Shown here one piece after another: positions 38,905 through 64,000 of a stretch of DNA of 64,000 nt (positions are counted from its first letter, which is position 1; each line of letters begins with the position of its first letter). Position numbers and translations under genes: made by a program. The stretch spans positions 4,882,254 to 4,946,253 of the forward strand of contig NC_068985.1 in the NCBI RefSeq assembly GCF_001194135.2, in the 5' to 3' direction. The notes under the pieces were generated by a model. That model saw only the letters and a program-made list of their open reading frames with translations, was not told the DNA's origin and searched no databases. Origin of the DNA: Octopus bimaculoides (Eukaryota).

Positions 38905-40352
38905 CTTTTTTTTTAACACCTGTTGCAATATTTTTTTTGTTTTCTTTGATTTCGTTTCCGGGTAATAATTGTAAACATTAACCATCATGATTGTTTCAAA
39001 AGAATGCATTTTCAAGGAGAGGTGCGATTCTGCTTTAGCCCCAAATTTCAATACAATTCTAATTTATACCATCTGAAAGGTATTAGTACAAAAAAATTTC
39101 ATTAAAAAATATTAATTTTTTCTGAAAGTGATGAGAAAACAGTCGAAGGTGTACGCTTTTGTAGATAAACTATATATTGGTATATATGTACGCCTCCCGC
39201 TTTTTTTTTTACATTAAATTTCGATATAATCATAATCAATATCAACTGAAAGAATTTTGTGGAAAATTTCATTGAAATATATCCATTTTTCTGAAAGTTA
39301 AGAGGGAATAAAGTCGGAAACACGGATATACAAACTTATGTAGGACATTCGAAAATTTATGCCGAAGTCATTTCAATCGATGAAATATTTCTAATTAAAT
39401 TTCTTGTCTTCCAGACAAATCATATTTATTACCAAAATAAAAAGTTTTTCCAACCCCCAACCAATCTCTTCTCACTTTTATTAATCGTAAAAGTTTATTT
39501 TTCGTTCAAACTTTTTTCATTTCCTGGTTCCCTTCAGTATAAATACTTTCAAATAAAACTTTAGAGACAATCAAACTTAACTTTATATTACAGAAATGTA
39601 GTTATATATAAACTTGAAAATTAGTTTATCATGTAATTTCCAATATCATTATTAACATTAGTAATAATAATGATAAGATATTAATAATAACAATATAATT
39701 AAGCGAGCAAAACAATCTTACCTTCCTCCACTCAACTGAAGCCGAAGGAATTAATGACGGAACTGTGCTTCCCTGACACCGGTCAATGGCAGTTACAACG
39801 ATAATAATTCACTTTCAGTTTTAAATTTCGTTCTCCCACCTTGTTAATGTTGATATAATAATTTTGTTTACGTAAATCAGGTTCAATTTGTTAATTCTTA
39901 AGAGAAAATATTCAATTAGTATAAAAAATTTGCTTTGATTTTAATTCGAACAATAGCAGTGTTTTCTTTTTTTTTTAGCAGACGACAATATTAGCAATGA
40001 AGTTTGCTGGGGAAGTAAGTTATCGAGTTTATTTGTGGAGCAACAAATTACTTGACTTACTGATTCTCAAACTGACTAAAGCCACTAAAAGATACTAATG
40101 AAATTCTCTACTTTGCCATACCTCCTTATTAATGAGAAAACAACATATAATTCTATCTTCGCCTTAGTGTTGGACGATTAAAAAGAAAATCAAATTATCT
40201 CTAATAGATTTTGTTGAATTTCTTCCAACAACTCTAAATTTTCATCAGATTGTTTTCAAAAAATTAAGCTCTAATGTAGACAAGAAATTTGGAATTGTGG
40301 GTACTACTAAAGCAGCGCGGATCCGAACACGCAGTCGCGCGTCCGCGCTAGC

Positions 40353-40527
40353 TAGTCTTCAGTGGTCGATCCTAACCCTAACCCTATCCCTAACCCTAAC
40401 CCTAACCCTAACCCTGTCTCTAACCCTAACCCTATCCCTATCCCTAACCCTATCCCTAACCCGCGTGTGCAAATGAATACGTGTTTAGGGTTAGGGTTAG
40501 GGTTAGGATCGACCACTCACGACTAGC
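40353..40527. repeat. Fold-back repeat with (CCCTAA)n and (TTAGGG)n arms
   Basis: gctagtcttcagtggtcgatcctaaccctaaccct is inverted as agggttagggttaggatcgaccactcacgactagc, immediately before an N gap. Confidence 0.8.
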
Positions 40528-42339
40528 NNNNNNNNNNNNNNNNNNNNNNNNNNNNNNNNNNNNNNNNNNNNNNNNNNNNNNNNNNNNNNNNNNNNNNNNN
40601 NNNNNNNNNNNNNNNNNNNNNNNNNNNNNNNNNNNNNNNNNNNNNNNNNNNNNNNNNNNNNNNNNNNNNNNNNNNNNNNNNNNNNNNNNNNNNNNNNNNN
40701 NNNNNNNNNNNNNNNNNNNNNNNNNNNNNNNNNNNNNNNNNNNNNNNNNNNNNNNNNNNNNNNNNNNNNNNNNNNNNNNNNNNNNNNNNNNNNNNNNNNN
40801 NNNNNNNNNNNNNNNNNNNNNNNNNNNNNNNNNNNNNNNNNNNNNNNNNNNNNNNNNNNNNNNNNNNNNNNNNNNNNNNNNNNNNNNNNNNNNNNNNNNN
40901 NNNNNNNNNNNNNNNNNNNNNNNNNNNNNNNNNNNNNNNNNNNNNNNNNNNNNNNNNNNNNNNNNNNNNNNNNNNNNNNNNNNNNNNNNNNNNNNNNNNN
41001 NNNNNNNNNNNNNNNNNNNNNNNNNNNNNNNNNNNNNNNNNNNNNNNNNNNNNNNNNNNNNNNNNNNNNNNNNNNNNNNNNNNNNNNNNNNNNNNNNNNN
41101 NNNNNNNNNNNNNNNNNNNNNNNNNNNNNNNNNNNNNNNNNNNNNNNNNNNNNNNNNNNNNNNNNNNNNNNNNNNNNNNNNNNNNNNNNNNNNNNNNNNN
41201 NNNNNNNNNNNNNNNNNNNNNNNNNNNNNNNNNNNNNNNNNNNNNNNNNNNNNNNNNNNNNNNNNNNNNNNNNNNNNNNNNNNNNNNNNNNNNNNNNNNN
41301 NNNNNNNNNNNNNNNNNNNNNNNNNNNNNNNNNNCTGGTGTTGGGTGTATGTCTTCTTTCTTCTATTCCCTGGCCTCTTCGATGCAGCATCAACGAGTGT
41401 CAGCGTCCAACTGATCGTCATGTCAAGTTCCCCTTTTTATATCTGCTGCTAGGCTCCAGCAGGCAGCCCCAGCTAGTTGTCACGTGACACTGTCTAAATT
41501 TCCCGCTGCTAGGGTCCAGTATGAATTTTAAACATACACACACACACACACACACACACAGAAAATCTGCCTTTTATAGTATAGATTAATGAATGCGATT
41601 TTCGTAACCAGCATGCAAAACTACAACAGAGTTACATTCTTCGAAAGATAATCTTGGTTATCTTTTCTATTACTTTCACAAATCTGGAAATTTTAAAATA
41701 AAATGAACATTTTCACATTTGCTATATTGATGTCATTTTTCACACTGAATCCGAGCGAAGGTAAGGAATACACACACCACCTGTATTCGGCGTTTAGGGT
41801 TAGAGTTAGTGTTAGGTTTAGGGCTAGGGTTAGGTTTACGTTTAGGGTTAGATTGGGGTTACGCCGAAAAGGGTGCTGTGCCTATTCTTTATCTCCACCT
41901 GAATCCAAATTTTAGATTCATTTATTCACAGGAATTTGTAGAAAATGTCATAACCATCACATCCTTGTCTCGTTATTGAACATGGCAATTTGTCTGTCCC
42001 CCCTTTCAAATCAACACAGGGCCAGTTCCATTTTTGTCATGAGAAACACTGACAAATGAATTGTTTGTAGCCTTTACTGGCCTTCACTTCTTTCTACTCA
42101 CTGAATCTGTTTAGTGTAATATTTAGATAGGAACCCAGAAGAGATTTAATTACAATACATTGAAATGTTCTTAAATTAAGCGGCGTTCATTTTCGTTGTC
42201 TTATTAATAGTCAATAATTGTGTGATGCTGATTAAATGTTCGTGCTTAAACTTTCATCATATAAAATATTTAATTTAGTGAAAAGAAATGGATTTTACAA
42301 AAAAAAAAAACAAAGAAAGAGAGAAAAAAATAACGCAGC

Positions 42340-42955
42340 ATCAAGTGCTTCAGTTGGTGTCTTATTTGGTGTTTGGAGTGATTACTAGTGATGGCGATGT
42401 TATGCCTCCATTCATCTTCCCACACAGCCTCACATTCAACAAGGAGGCCTACATCAAGTACCTAGAGAAGGTAGTGCTGCCCTGGGTCAAGAGTGTGGCT
42501 GCTGGAAGACCCTATGTCTGGCAACAAGACTCTGCATCATGCCACACAAGCAGGAGAACCCAGTCATAGCTGTCAGACAATTTCTGTGACCATACCACCC
42601 CTAACATCTGGCCACCTAACTCCCCAGACTGAAATTTCCTTGATTATTATGTGTGGAGCACATTTGAGTGAGAGACCAACAAAACTCCTTGTAACACCAA
42701 AGATGAACTGAAGGCAAGGATTATAGCAACATTCATCAACTTAAGCAAGGAGACTGTCCAGAAAAGTTGCAGGAGATTTCGAAGTTATCTGCAGGCCGTG
42801 GTTGAAGCCAATGGCGATTTTATTGAATGAATTTAGTCTTTAGTATTTCAAGATATTTTAATGTAATTTTGGTAAATATATCTGTTAAAAAGAGATGTCA
42901 GTGTTATTTTCCTTTTTGTGTAATGTAGACAACAATATATTCACCGCATCCTATA
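42340..42955 (+). mobile_element. Tc1/mariner maT-type (DD37D) transposase relic, 3' half with terminal sequence
   Basis: WQQDSASCH...WPPNSPD*NFLDYYVW with exactly 37 residues between the second and third catalytic Asp. Contains in-frame stops and ends at TA repeats. Confidence 0.88.
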
Positions 42956-42979
42956 TATATATAACTTCAATCGCAAGGA

Positions 42980-43330
42980 ACGAAGCCAGTATGCTCTGAT
43001 GGATGTGTAATGTCAGTGTGCTTACTAGACAGAGTGTAAGTACCTTGAGAGAAAAGTTGAACCGAAGAAGCATCAGTTGTGGTGTGTGAGAGAGACAATT
43101 GCACTGCTATGGTCATGTGGTGAGAATGGATGAGGATAGCTGTGTGAAAAAGTGCTACATCCTAGAGGTTGAGGGAACTTGTGGAAGAGGTAGACCCAGG
43201 AAGACCTGGGATGAGGTGCTGAAGCATGACTTTCGAACATTAGGCCTCACCAAAGCAATGACTTGTGACCGAGACCTTTGGAAATATGCTGTGTGTAAGA
43301 AGACCTGGCAAGCCAAGTGAGACTATAATC
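42980..43330 (+). mobile_element. RTE-clade LINE 3' RT fragment
   Basis: YGHVVRMDEDSCVKKC...GTCGRGRPRKTWDEV...DRDLWK. Confidence 0.8.
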
Positions 43331-44864
43331 TGAGGCCTCTGCCAGGGGCGCAGCCAGCCCACTTATGCGTACCTTTCCTTCATTGGACACTAAACTGTGT
43401 TTGCTAAGACCTGTTGAGGCAAATGAAATCGAACCAAATTTCGACGACTGGCACCAATGCCGACCTCTCCTTCATTGGACACTAAACTCGGCTTGCGAAG
43501 ACTTGTTGGGGCAAGTGAAATCGAAATTGAACCAAATTTGACGACTGGCACCAATGCGAACCTCTCCTTCATTGGACACTAAACTCCGCTTGCGAAGACC
43601 TGTTGGGGTAAGTGAAATCAAAATCATGATTGAACCAAATTCGATGACTAGCACCTGTGCCAGTGGAGCGCTAACAGCACTGTCCGAGCATGATCAATGC
43701 CAGAGCAGCTGACTGGCTTCCGTGCCAGTGTCACGTAAATAGCACCATTTGAGCATGATTGTTGCCAGTGTCACCTTACTGTCACTTGTGCCGGTGGCAC
43801 ATGAAAAAGCTTTTGAGCGAGGTCATTGCCAGTGCCACTGGACTGGCTCCAGTGCAGGTGGCACGTAAAATACACCATTTTGAGCGTGGCCATTGCCAGT
43901 ACTGCCTGAGTGGCCTTCGTGCCGGTGGCACATAAAAGCACCCACTGCACTCTCGGAGTGGTTGGCATTAGGAAGGGCATCCAGCTGTAGAAACTCTGCC
44001 AAATCAGATTGGAGCCAGGTTCGCCAGTCCTCAGTCAAATCGTCCAGCCCATGCTAGCATGGAAGGTGGACGTTAAATGATGATGATGAACTAGTATGCT
44101 TTTCTGAAGCTTGATAGAAATGAAACTAGTATGCTTTACTGGATGTGAAATGTCAATGTGCATGTATGACAGAGTGTAAGCATCTTGAGAGAAAAGTTGA
44201 GCATAAGAGGCATCAGATGTGGTGTGCAAAAGAGAAGACTATGCTGGTATGGCTATGTGATGTGTATGAGGACGACTGTTAAGAAGTGTCGGTTTCTAAC
44301 TGTGGTAGACTCAAGAAGATGTGGAGTGATGTAGCGAAGCATGATCTTTGGATGTTGGGTGTGATGGAGGTGATGACAAATGATTGAGACCTTTGGAGGT
44401 TTGCTGTGTTTGAGAAGACTCGTCAGACCAAGTGAAACAGTAGTTGTGGACAGTGCTGGTGACACATAAAAGGCACCTGTGCCAGTGACATGTAAAAGGC
44501 AGTCACTACACTCTTGGAATGGTTGTTGTTAGGAAGGACATCCAGCCGTAGAAACCAACTAAAATCAGACTGGTGCCTTGTACAGCTCTCTGGTTTACCA
44601 GTTCCATTTAAACTGTTTAACCCATGCCAGCATGGAAAACAGGCACTAAATTATGACAATGATGATGATGATGATAAATATGAGTATACATATATCTACT
44701 TTTGTGTAGGAGTTCACCTCTTGTGTGTCATATTCCTCCAGGTCATATCAGAGGAATTCAAGACTGGCACCCCTGAGAGCTTCTCTATGCTGATAACTTT
44801 GTTCTTATAGCTGAATCACTACCTGAACTAGAGAAGAAATTTCAGGTGTGGAAACAAGGTCTGG

Positions 44865-44897
<33 letters not shown>

Positions 44898-45499
44898 TGT
44901 TTAACGTCCGCTTTCCATGCTAGCATGGGTTGGACGATTTGACTGAGGACTGGTGAAACCGGATGGCAACACCAGGCTCCAATCTAATTTGGCAGAGTTT
45001 CTACAGCTGGATGCCTTTCCTAACGCCAACCACTCAGAGAGTGTAGTGGATGCTTTTATCTGTCACCCGCACGAAGGCCAGTCAGGCAGTACTGGCAACG
45101 GCCACGCTCAAAATGGTGTCTTTTATGTGCCACCCGCACAAGAGCCAGTCCAGGGGCACTGGTAATGATCTCGCTCGAAAATCCTACGAAGGCCAGTCAG
45201 GCGGTACTGGCAACAGCCACGCTCAAAATGGTGCATCTTATGTGCCACCCGCACAAGAGCCAGTCCAGGAGCACTGGCAACGATCTCACTTGACAAATCA
45301 CAAGTCCTCTCTGGGAGATGACCTTGCTTGATATGTAAGAAGAGTGTTGGTAGAAACTGCATGAGTTGTACTCAGTGCAAGCGTTGGACACATAAGAGCT
45401 GTAGCTGTATCAAGGGTAGGTTAACAGAGAAAATAGTCTTTGTGGCAAACGTGTGGGTGCATATATAAATAATATATCATCATCATCATCATTATCGTT

Positions 45500-45960
45500 T
45501 AACGTCCGCTTTCCATACCAGCGCAATCGTCTCTCTTGCACACCACAACTGATGCTTCTTAGGTTCAGCTTTTCTCTCAAGATACTTACACTCTGCCGAG
45601 AATGCACACTGACATTACTCATCCATCGGAGCATATTGGCTTCATTCCTTGTGAGCTTACGCATGTCCTCAGCAGTCACGGCTCATGTTTCACTGCCATG
45701 TAGCATGGCTGTTCGTACACATGCGTCATATAGTTTTCCTTTTACTCTGAGTGAGAGGCCCTTTGTCACCAGCAGAGGCAAGAGCTCTCTGAACTTTGCC
45801 CAGGCTATTCTTATTCTAGTAGCTACACTTTCAGCGTACCCACTTCCACTACTAACTTTGTCACCCAGATAGCGGAAGCTATCAACTACCTCTAGTTTTT
45901 CTCCCTGGAATGAGACAGAAGTTGTTTTCTGCATATTTTCAGTGTTTATTGCACCTGAAC
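45500..45960 (-). mobile_element. RTE-clade LINE RT fragment
   Basis: LEVVDSFRYLGD...RIRIAWAKFRELLPLL...GKLYDACVRTAMLHGSET...RLRWYG. Confidence 0.88.
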
Positions 45961-47587
45961 ATCTGCCACATAAAAAAACTAACTTCCTAGTTAACCTGCC
46001 TTTGATATTGCTACTAACTTCCTAGTTAACCGGCGTTATATATACATATATATATATATTGATACACACACACACACATAGATATATATATATATCAATA
46101 TAAATACACGAAAGTTCACTTCATTTGACTAAAAATTCTTCAAGTTGATGTTCCAGCATGGCCGCAGCCTAATGATTGAAATTAGTAAAACATAAAAGAC
46201 AAAGATCCATGGAAGGTAATGTTGTTGAAGAGCACATGCATCACTAAATGTGACTGATGCTAAAGAATTGATATTACCTACTACATGACAATACTACATG
46301 TGATTGGTGATGCATTAAGTTGTAGATCACTGTCTCTCTGCTTCACCATAACCTTTCATCATCCAACATGATATCACCTCCTCCAATGTACCCTCCCTGA
46401 CAAAAGAGCTTTTTTTTTTGTCTTTCAAGTACTTGGTGACTCTGTCTGTGCAGGTGCCACTTGAAAACACCCAGTTCACTGCTAAGTGGTTGGCATTTGG
46501 AAGGGCATCCAACTGTAAAAACCTTGCCAAAACTGACCTCGCCTGTGCTTGTACTGTGTAAAAAGCACTAAGTCCACTCTGCTGAGTGGTTGGTGTTAGG
46601 AAGGGCCTCCAGCCGTAAAAAGTCTGGTGCAGGTTTCTACCTGGCTGGCACTTGTCAAACCGTCCTACCCATACCTGCATGGAAGGTGGATGTTAAACAA
46701 TGATGATGATGAAATTCTTTATTTATAATAGTTAACTCCACCTACAGAAGATGTATCATAATTACCTAATAGCAAATATGACCAGCACCGTTTGAGGAAG
46801 TGACATGCCATTGAGAAAAAAGACAGACTTTTTTGTTTTGAGCCAACAAGACAGTCGTGCACACATGTTTCTGCGTCAATAGTTGCCATCAGAGAAAAAA
46901 GTTGAGTTGTGTGAATTTTCTGAAACTCTGCTCCCCAACTCCTTGGAAAAATTCTTTTCTATAAATCCCTATATACTCTGAACACAACATCAAAGCGGTA
47001 TTTGTTGAAAATTTCGTTAAAAAGTATAAATTTTTCTGGAAGTTATGAGGCAACAAAGTTGGGGGTGGTTATACCATAAAAATCTAGCCTGTTGTCACAA
47101 GAATTATAGACACAAGAGTGGCTGTGTGGTAAGTAGCTTGCTTACCAACCACATGGTTCCAGGTTCAGTCCTACTGGGTGGCACCTTAGGTAAGTGTCTT
47201 CTACTATAGCCTCAGGTCAACCAAAGCATTGTGAGTGCATTTGGTAGACAGAAACTGAAAGAAGCCCGTCATGTATATGGTTAGAGCATTGATCTTATGA
47301 CTGTGAGGTTGTGAGTTCGAGCCGGGCTGCGTGTTGTGTTCTTGAGCAAGATACTTTATTTCACGTTGCTCCAGTTAACTCTGCTGTAGAAATGAGTTAC
47401 GACATCACTAGTACCAAGCTGTACTGGCTTTTGCCTTTCCCTTGGATAACATCGGTGGCGTGGAGAGGGGAGGCTGGTATGCATGGGCGACTGCTGGTCT
47501 TCCATAAACAACTTTGCCTTGACTTGTGTCTTGGCGGGGAACTTTCTAGGTGCAATCCCATGGTCAGTCATGACTGAAGGAGGTCTC

Positions 47588-47644
<57 letters not shown>

Positions 47645-48044
47645 NNNNNNNNNNACTTAGCGGTTCGGTAATAGAGACCGATAGAATAAGTACTAGGCTT
47701 ACAAAGAATAAGTCCTGGGTCGATTTGTTCGATTAAAGGTGGTACTCTAGTATGGCCGCAGTCAAATGAGTGAAACAAATAAAAGAAAAAATGTGTCTCT
47801 GTGTTTGTGTTAGCCCCCCACCCACCTTTTGACAACCGGTGTATGCTATTCGTGTAACTTAGCAGTTGCGCAAAAGAAACCGATAGAAAAAGTAACAGGC
47901 TTTAAAAAAAAAAAAAAATACTTGGGGTCGATTGGTTAACTAAAACCTTTCAAGACAGTGCCCCACCATGGCCGAAGTCCAATGACAAACAAGATAAAAG
48001 ATTAATATATAACTACGTTAGGGCGGCGAGCTGGCAGAATCGTT

Positions 48045-48128
48045 GGTAAATTACCCTAACCCTGACCCTAAAACCCTAATCCTAACACCCTAGTGAAGAT
48101 CGTGCGGGTGTTAATCTGAAAATTTACC
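48045..48128. mobile_element. 84-bp telomere-repeat MITE with 8-bp TSD GAATCGTT, inserted into a SINE head
   Basis: TSD at 48037-44 and 48129-36; termini GGTAAATT and AATTTACC. Shares gaagatcgtgcgggtgttaatctgaaaatttacc with 38721-38904. Confidence 0.85.
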
Positions 48129-48658
48129 GAATCGTTAGCATGCTGGGCAAAACGCCTAGCGACATTTCGACCACCTTTGAACCATGAGGGTTCAAATTCC
48201 TCCAAAGTCGACTTTCGATAAAATAAGCACCATTTGAACACTAGGGTCGATGTAATCGACTTACCACCTCCCCCAAAATTGCTGGCCTTGTGCCAACATT
48301 TGAAATCATTATATAACCGCATCAAGGCAGCGAACTGAGAAAAATGTTAGCACCCTGGGCAAATTGCTTAGCAGCATTTCATCCGCTTTTACGTTCGGAG
48401 TTCACATTTCCCGAGATCTACTTTGGTTTTCATCTATTCGGAGTCGATAAAATAAGCTCCAGTTGAGCTCTAAGGACGACGTAATCGAATTTCTCCCTTT
48501 CTCGAAATTATTGGCCTTACGCCAACCTTTATAACTATTATATAATTGCATTCTCCTCATAGATTTTACTTTCACTTCTTAACTGAAGGGTAGATAACTC
48601 GTACGAAATGAGTCAGCAAGATTAGAGAGCTCTTCTGCTTCTGCGACATAAATTCAAC

Positions 48659-62703
<14,045 letters not shown>

Positions 62704-63124
62704 GTAAGTACTTCTAAATAATTCTTTGACAGACCGATTTTAATGTCAGTTTTCTACAGTTGCAGTTTGTTTATTGATTTTTTTTCTGTATGAAGCCAGA
62801 TGTCATATGACAACATTCTGTTTCATAAATCTTTACAGAAATCTCTGGTGAGTCTTGTGCTGTAGTAATAAGTTCTCCAGGATTTATTTACCTACAGAAA
62901 CTCTTTTCAGTTACTTTGATGGAATGCAAATTTGTGAACCATTCCAATTTTTTTTTTTAAATAGGCAACGGTGTAGCTGTGTGGTAAGAAGTTTGCTTCC
63001 AACCACATGATTCTGGGTTCAGTCTCACTGTATACCACCTTGGGCATGTGGTTTCTACTATAGCCTCAAGCTCACAAAAGCCTTGTGAATGGATTTGGTG
63101 GAGGAAAACTGTAAGAAGCCTGTC

Positions 63125-63156
<32 letters not shown>

Positions 63157-64000
63157 GTTAGTAGAGTTAGCGGTTGGAATAACCATCTAAGGTATAAGAA
63201 TATCCGTTTTTACTACCAGTGTAAATTACCTATGTTAACCCTGGGCATACATATGCAAGCATATTATGTTCATAGGATACAGGCAATAACAAAATAAACA
63301 AGTGTTTATCAGGAATCAAATTTAAATTAAGCAGAAAATGGAGAAAATTCTTGGTCAACAAACAAATTGACTAACATTGATTATTATTTTTTAATACAAA
63401 GCTTTATCCCTACTAACAGCCGTTTCTGCTTCCAGTGTCCCTCAGCACTGCCAAAGAAAATTCTGAGAATAATATTTGTCATATTCTATAGCACATCCGA
63501 TCTGGTACATGGAGCTTCATCAGATTGAAGAAAAATACATATAATAAAAGAAGAGGAGAGAAAGGGACCTTGAGATGAGGAAAGAAGGCTTAATATATTT
63601 GACTCATACCATTTTGCAGTGTAACACTTCAAGTCATTAAGCAAATGACTAAACTAGAAAATTAATTGGTGGGTTAATCTTTCTTCAGGGGTAACAGGGT
63701 GTATAAATAATAAGAAATAAAATAAATACTTTAGTGTAACGGGATTCACCAATAGGTTTAGAAAAAGAATAGTACTTAAGATTTCATAAATAGTCTTAAT
63801 TAATATTTACCCAAATAACATGCCTGTAANNNNNNNNNNNNNNNNNNNNNNNNNNNNNNNNNNNNNNNNNNNNNNNNNNNNNNNNNNNNNNNNNNNNNNN
63901 NNNNNNNNNNNNNNNNNNNNNNNNNNNNNTACATAAACTACTTTCTGCTTTTCTAGCGGAAAATTATATATATATAATTTTCCACTTTTCTAGTGACGAC

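Noticed and set aside
39722-39810. Minus-strand frame IIIVVTAIDRCQG resembling a cadherin V.A.D motif
   Set aside because: An in-frame stop lies immediately upstream, there is no acceptor, and no other cadherin motifs are present.
40370-40510. True telomere or chromosome end
   Set aside because: The arrays are short, degenerate, in both orientations and enclosed by inverted flanks, so they are interstitial and element-borne.
28448-41452. Long ORFs in the track (200-470 aa) spanning 28.5k, 31.6k, 33k and 40.5k
   Set aside because: They consist of X translated from N gaps and microsatellites.
43320-43660. Three to four spaced direct repeats (cctttccttcattggacactaaact...) superficially like a CRISPR array
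   Set aside because: The spacers are themselves homologous, there are no cas genes, and the context is eukaryotic. These are internal tandem subrepeats of retroposon family C.
63435-63530. C/D-box-like pair (TGATGA...CTGA) on the minus strand
   Set aside because: It is antisense to the host gene, has no convincing terminal stem or recognisable rRNA guide, and TGATGA is extremely common here.

Overview
AT-rich, microsatellite- and SINE-dense animal genomic DNA with many N gaps. The repeat families suggest a cephalopod such as Octopus (inference only). There are no prokaryotic features, and almost every entry in the ORF track is repeat noise. Two real spliced genes, both missed by the ORF track, can be assembled by hand from GT-AG exons with consistent phases, and they lie head-to-head. 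(1) On the + strand, the 5' part of an NSFL1C/p47-like p97 cofactor: exons 48659-48763, 57526-57668, 60186-60275 and 62644-62703. (2) On the - strand, an apparently complete 7-exon gene of 183 aa (22148 to 1456) with two tandem p47-type UBA-like modules and a helical/coiled-coil tail but no SEP or UBX domain. Its UBA exons break at the same codon position as p47 exon 1. Introns and intergenic DNA hold decayed Tx1/L1, R4/Dong, CRE, RTE and Penelope-like retroelements, a DD37D (maT) transposase relic, piggyBac/hAT/Merlin-like MITEs (several carrying telomeric TTAGGG repeats) and three or more SINE families. There are also at least seven minimal hammerhead-ribozyme motifs, including a retrozyme-like 348-bp unit and a SINE family that couples a tRNA-like head to a hammerhead.
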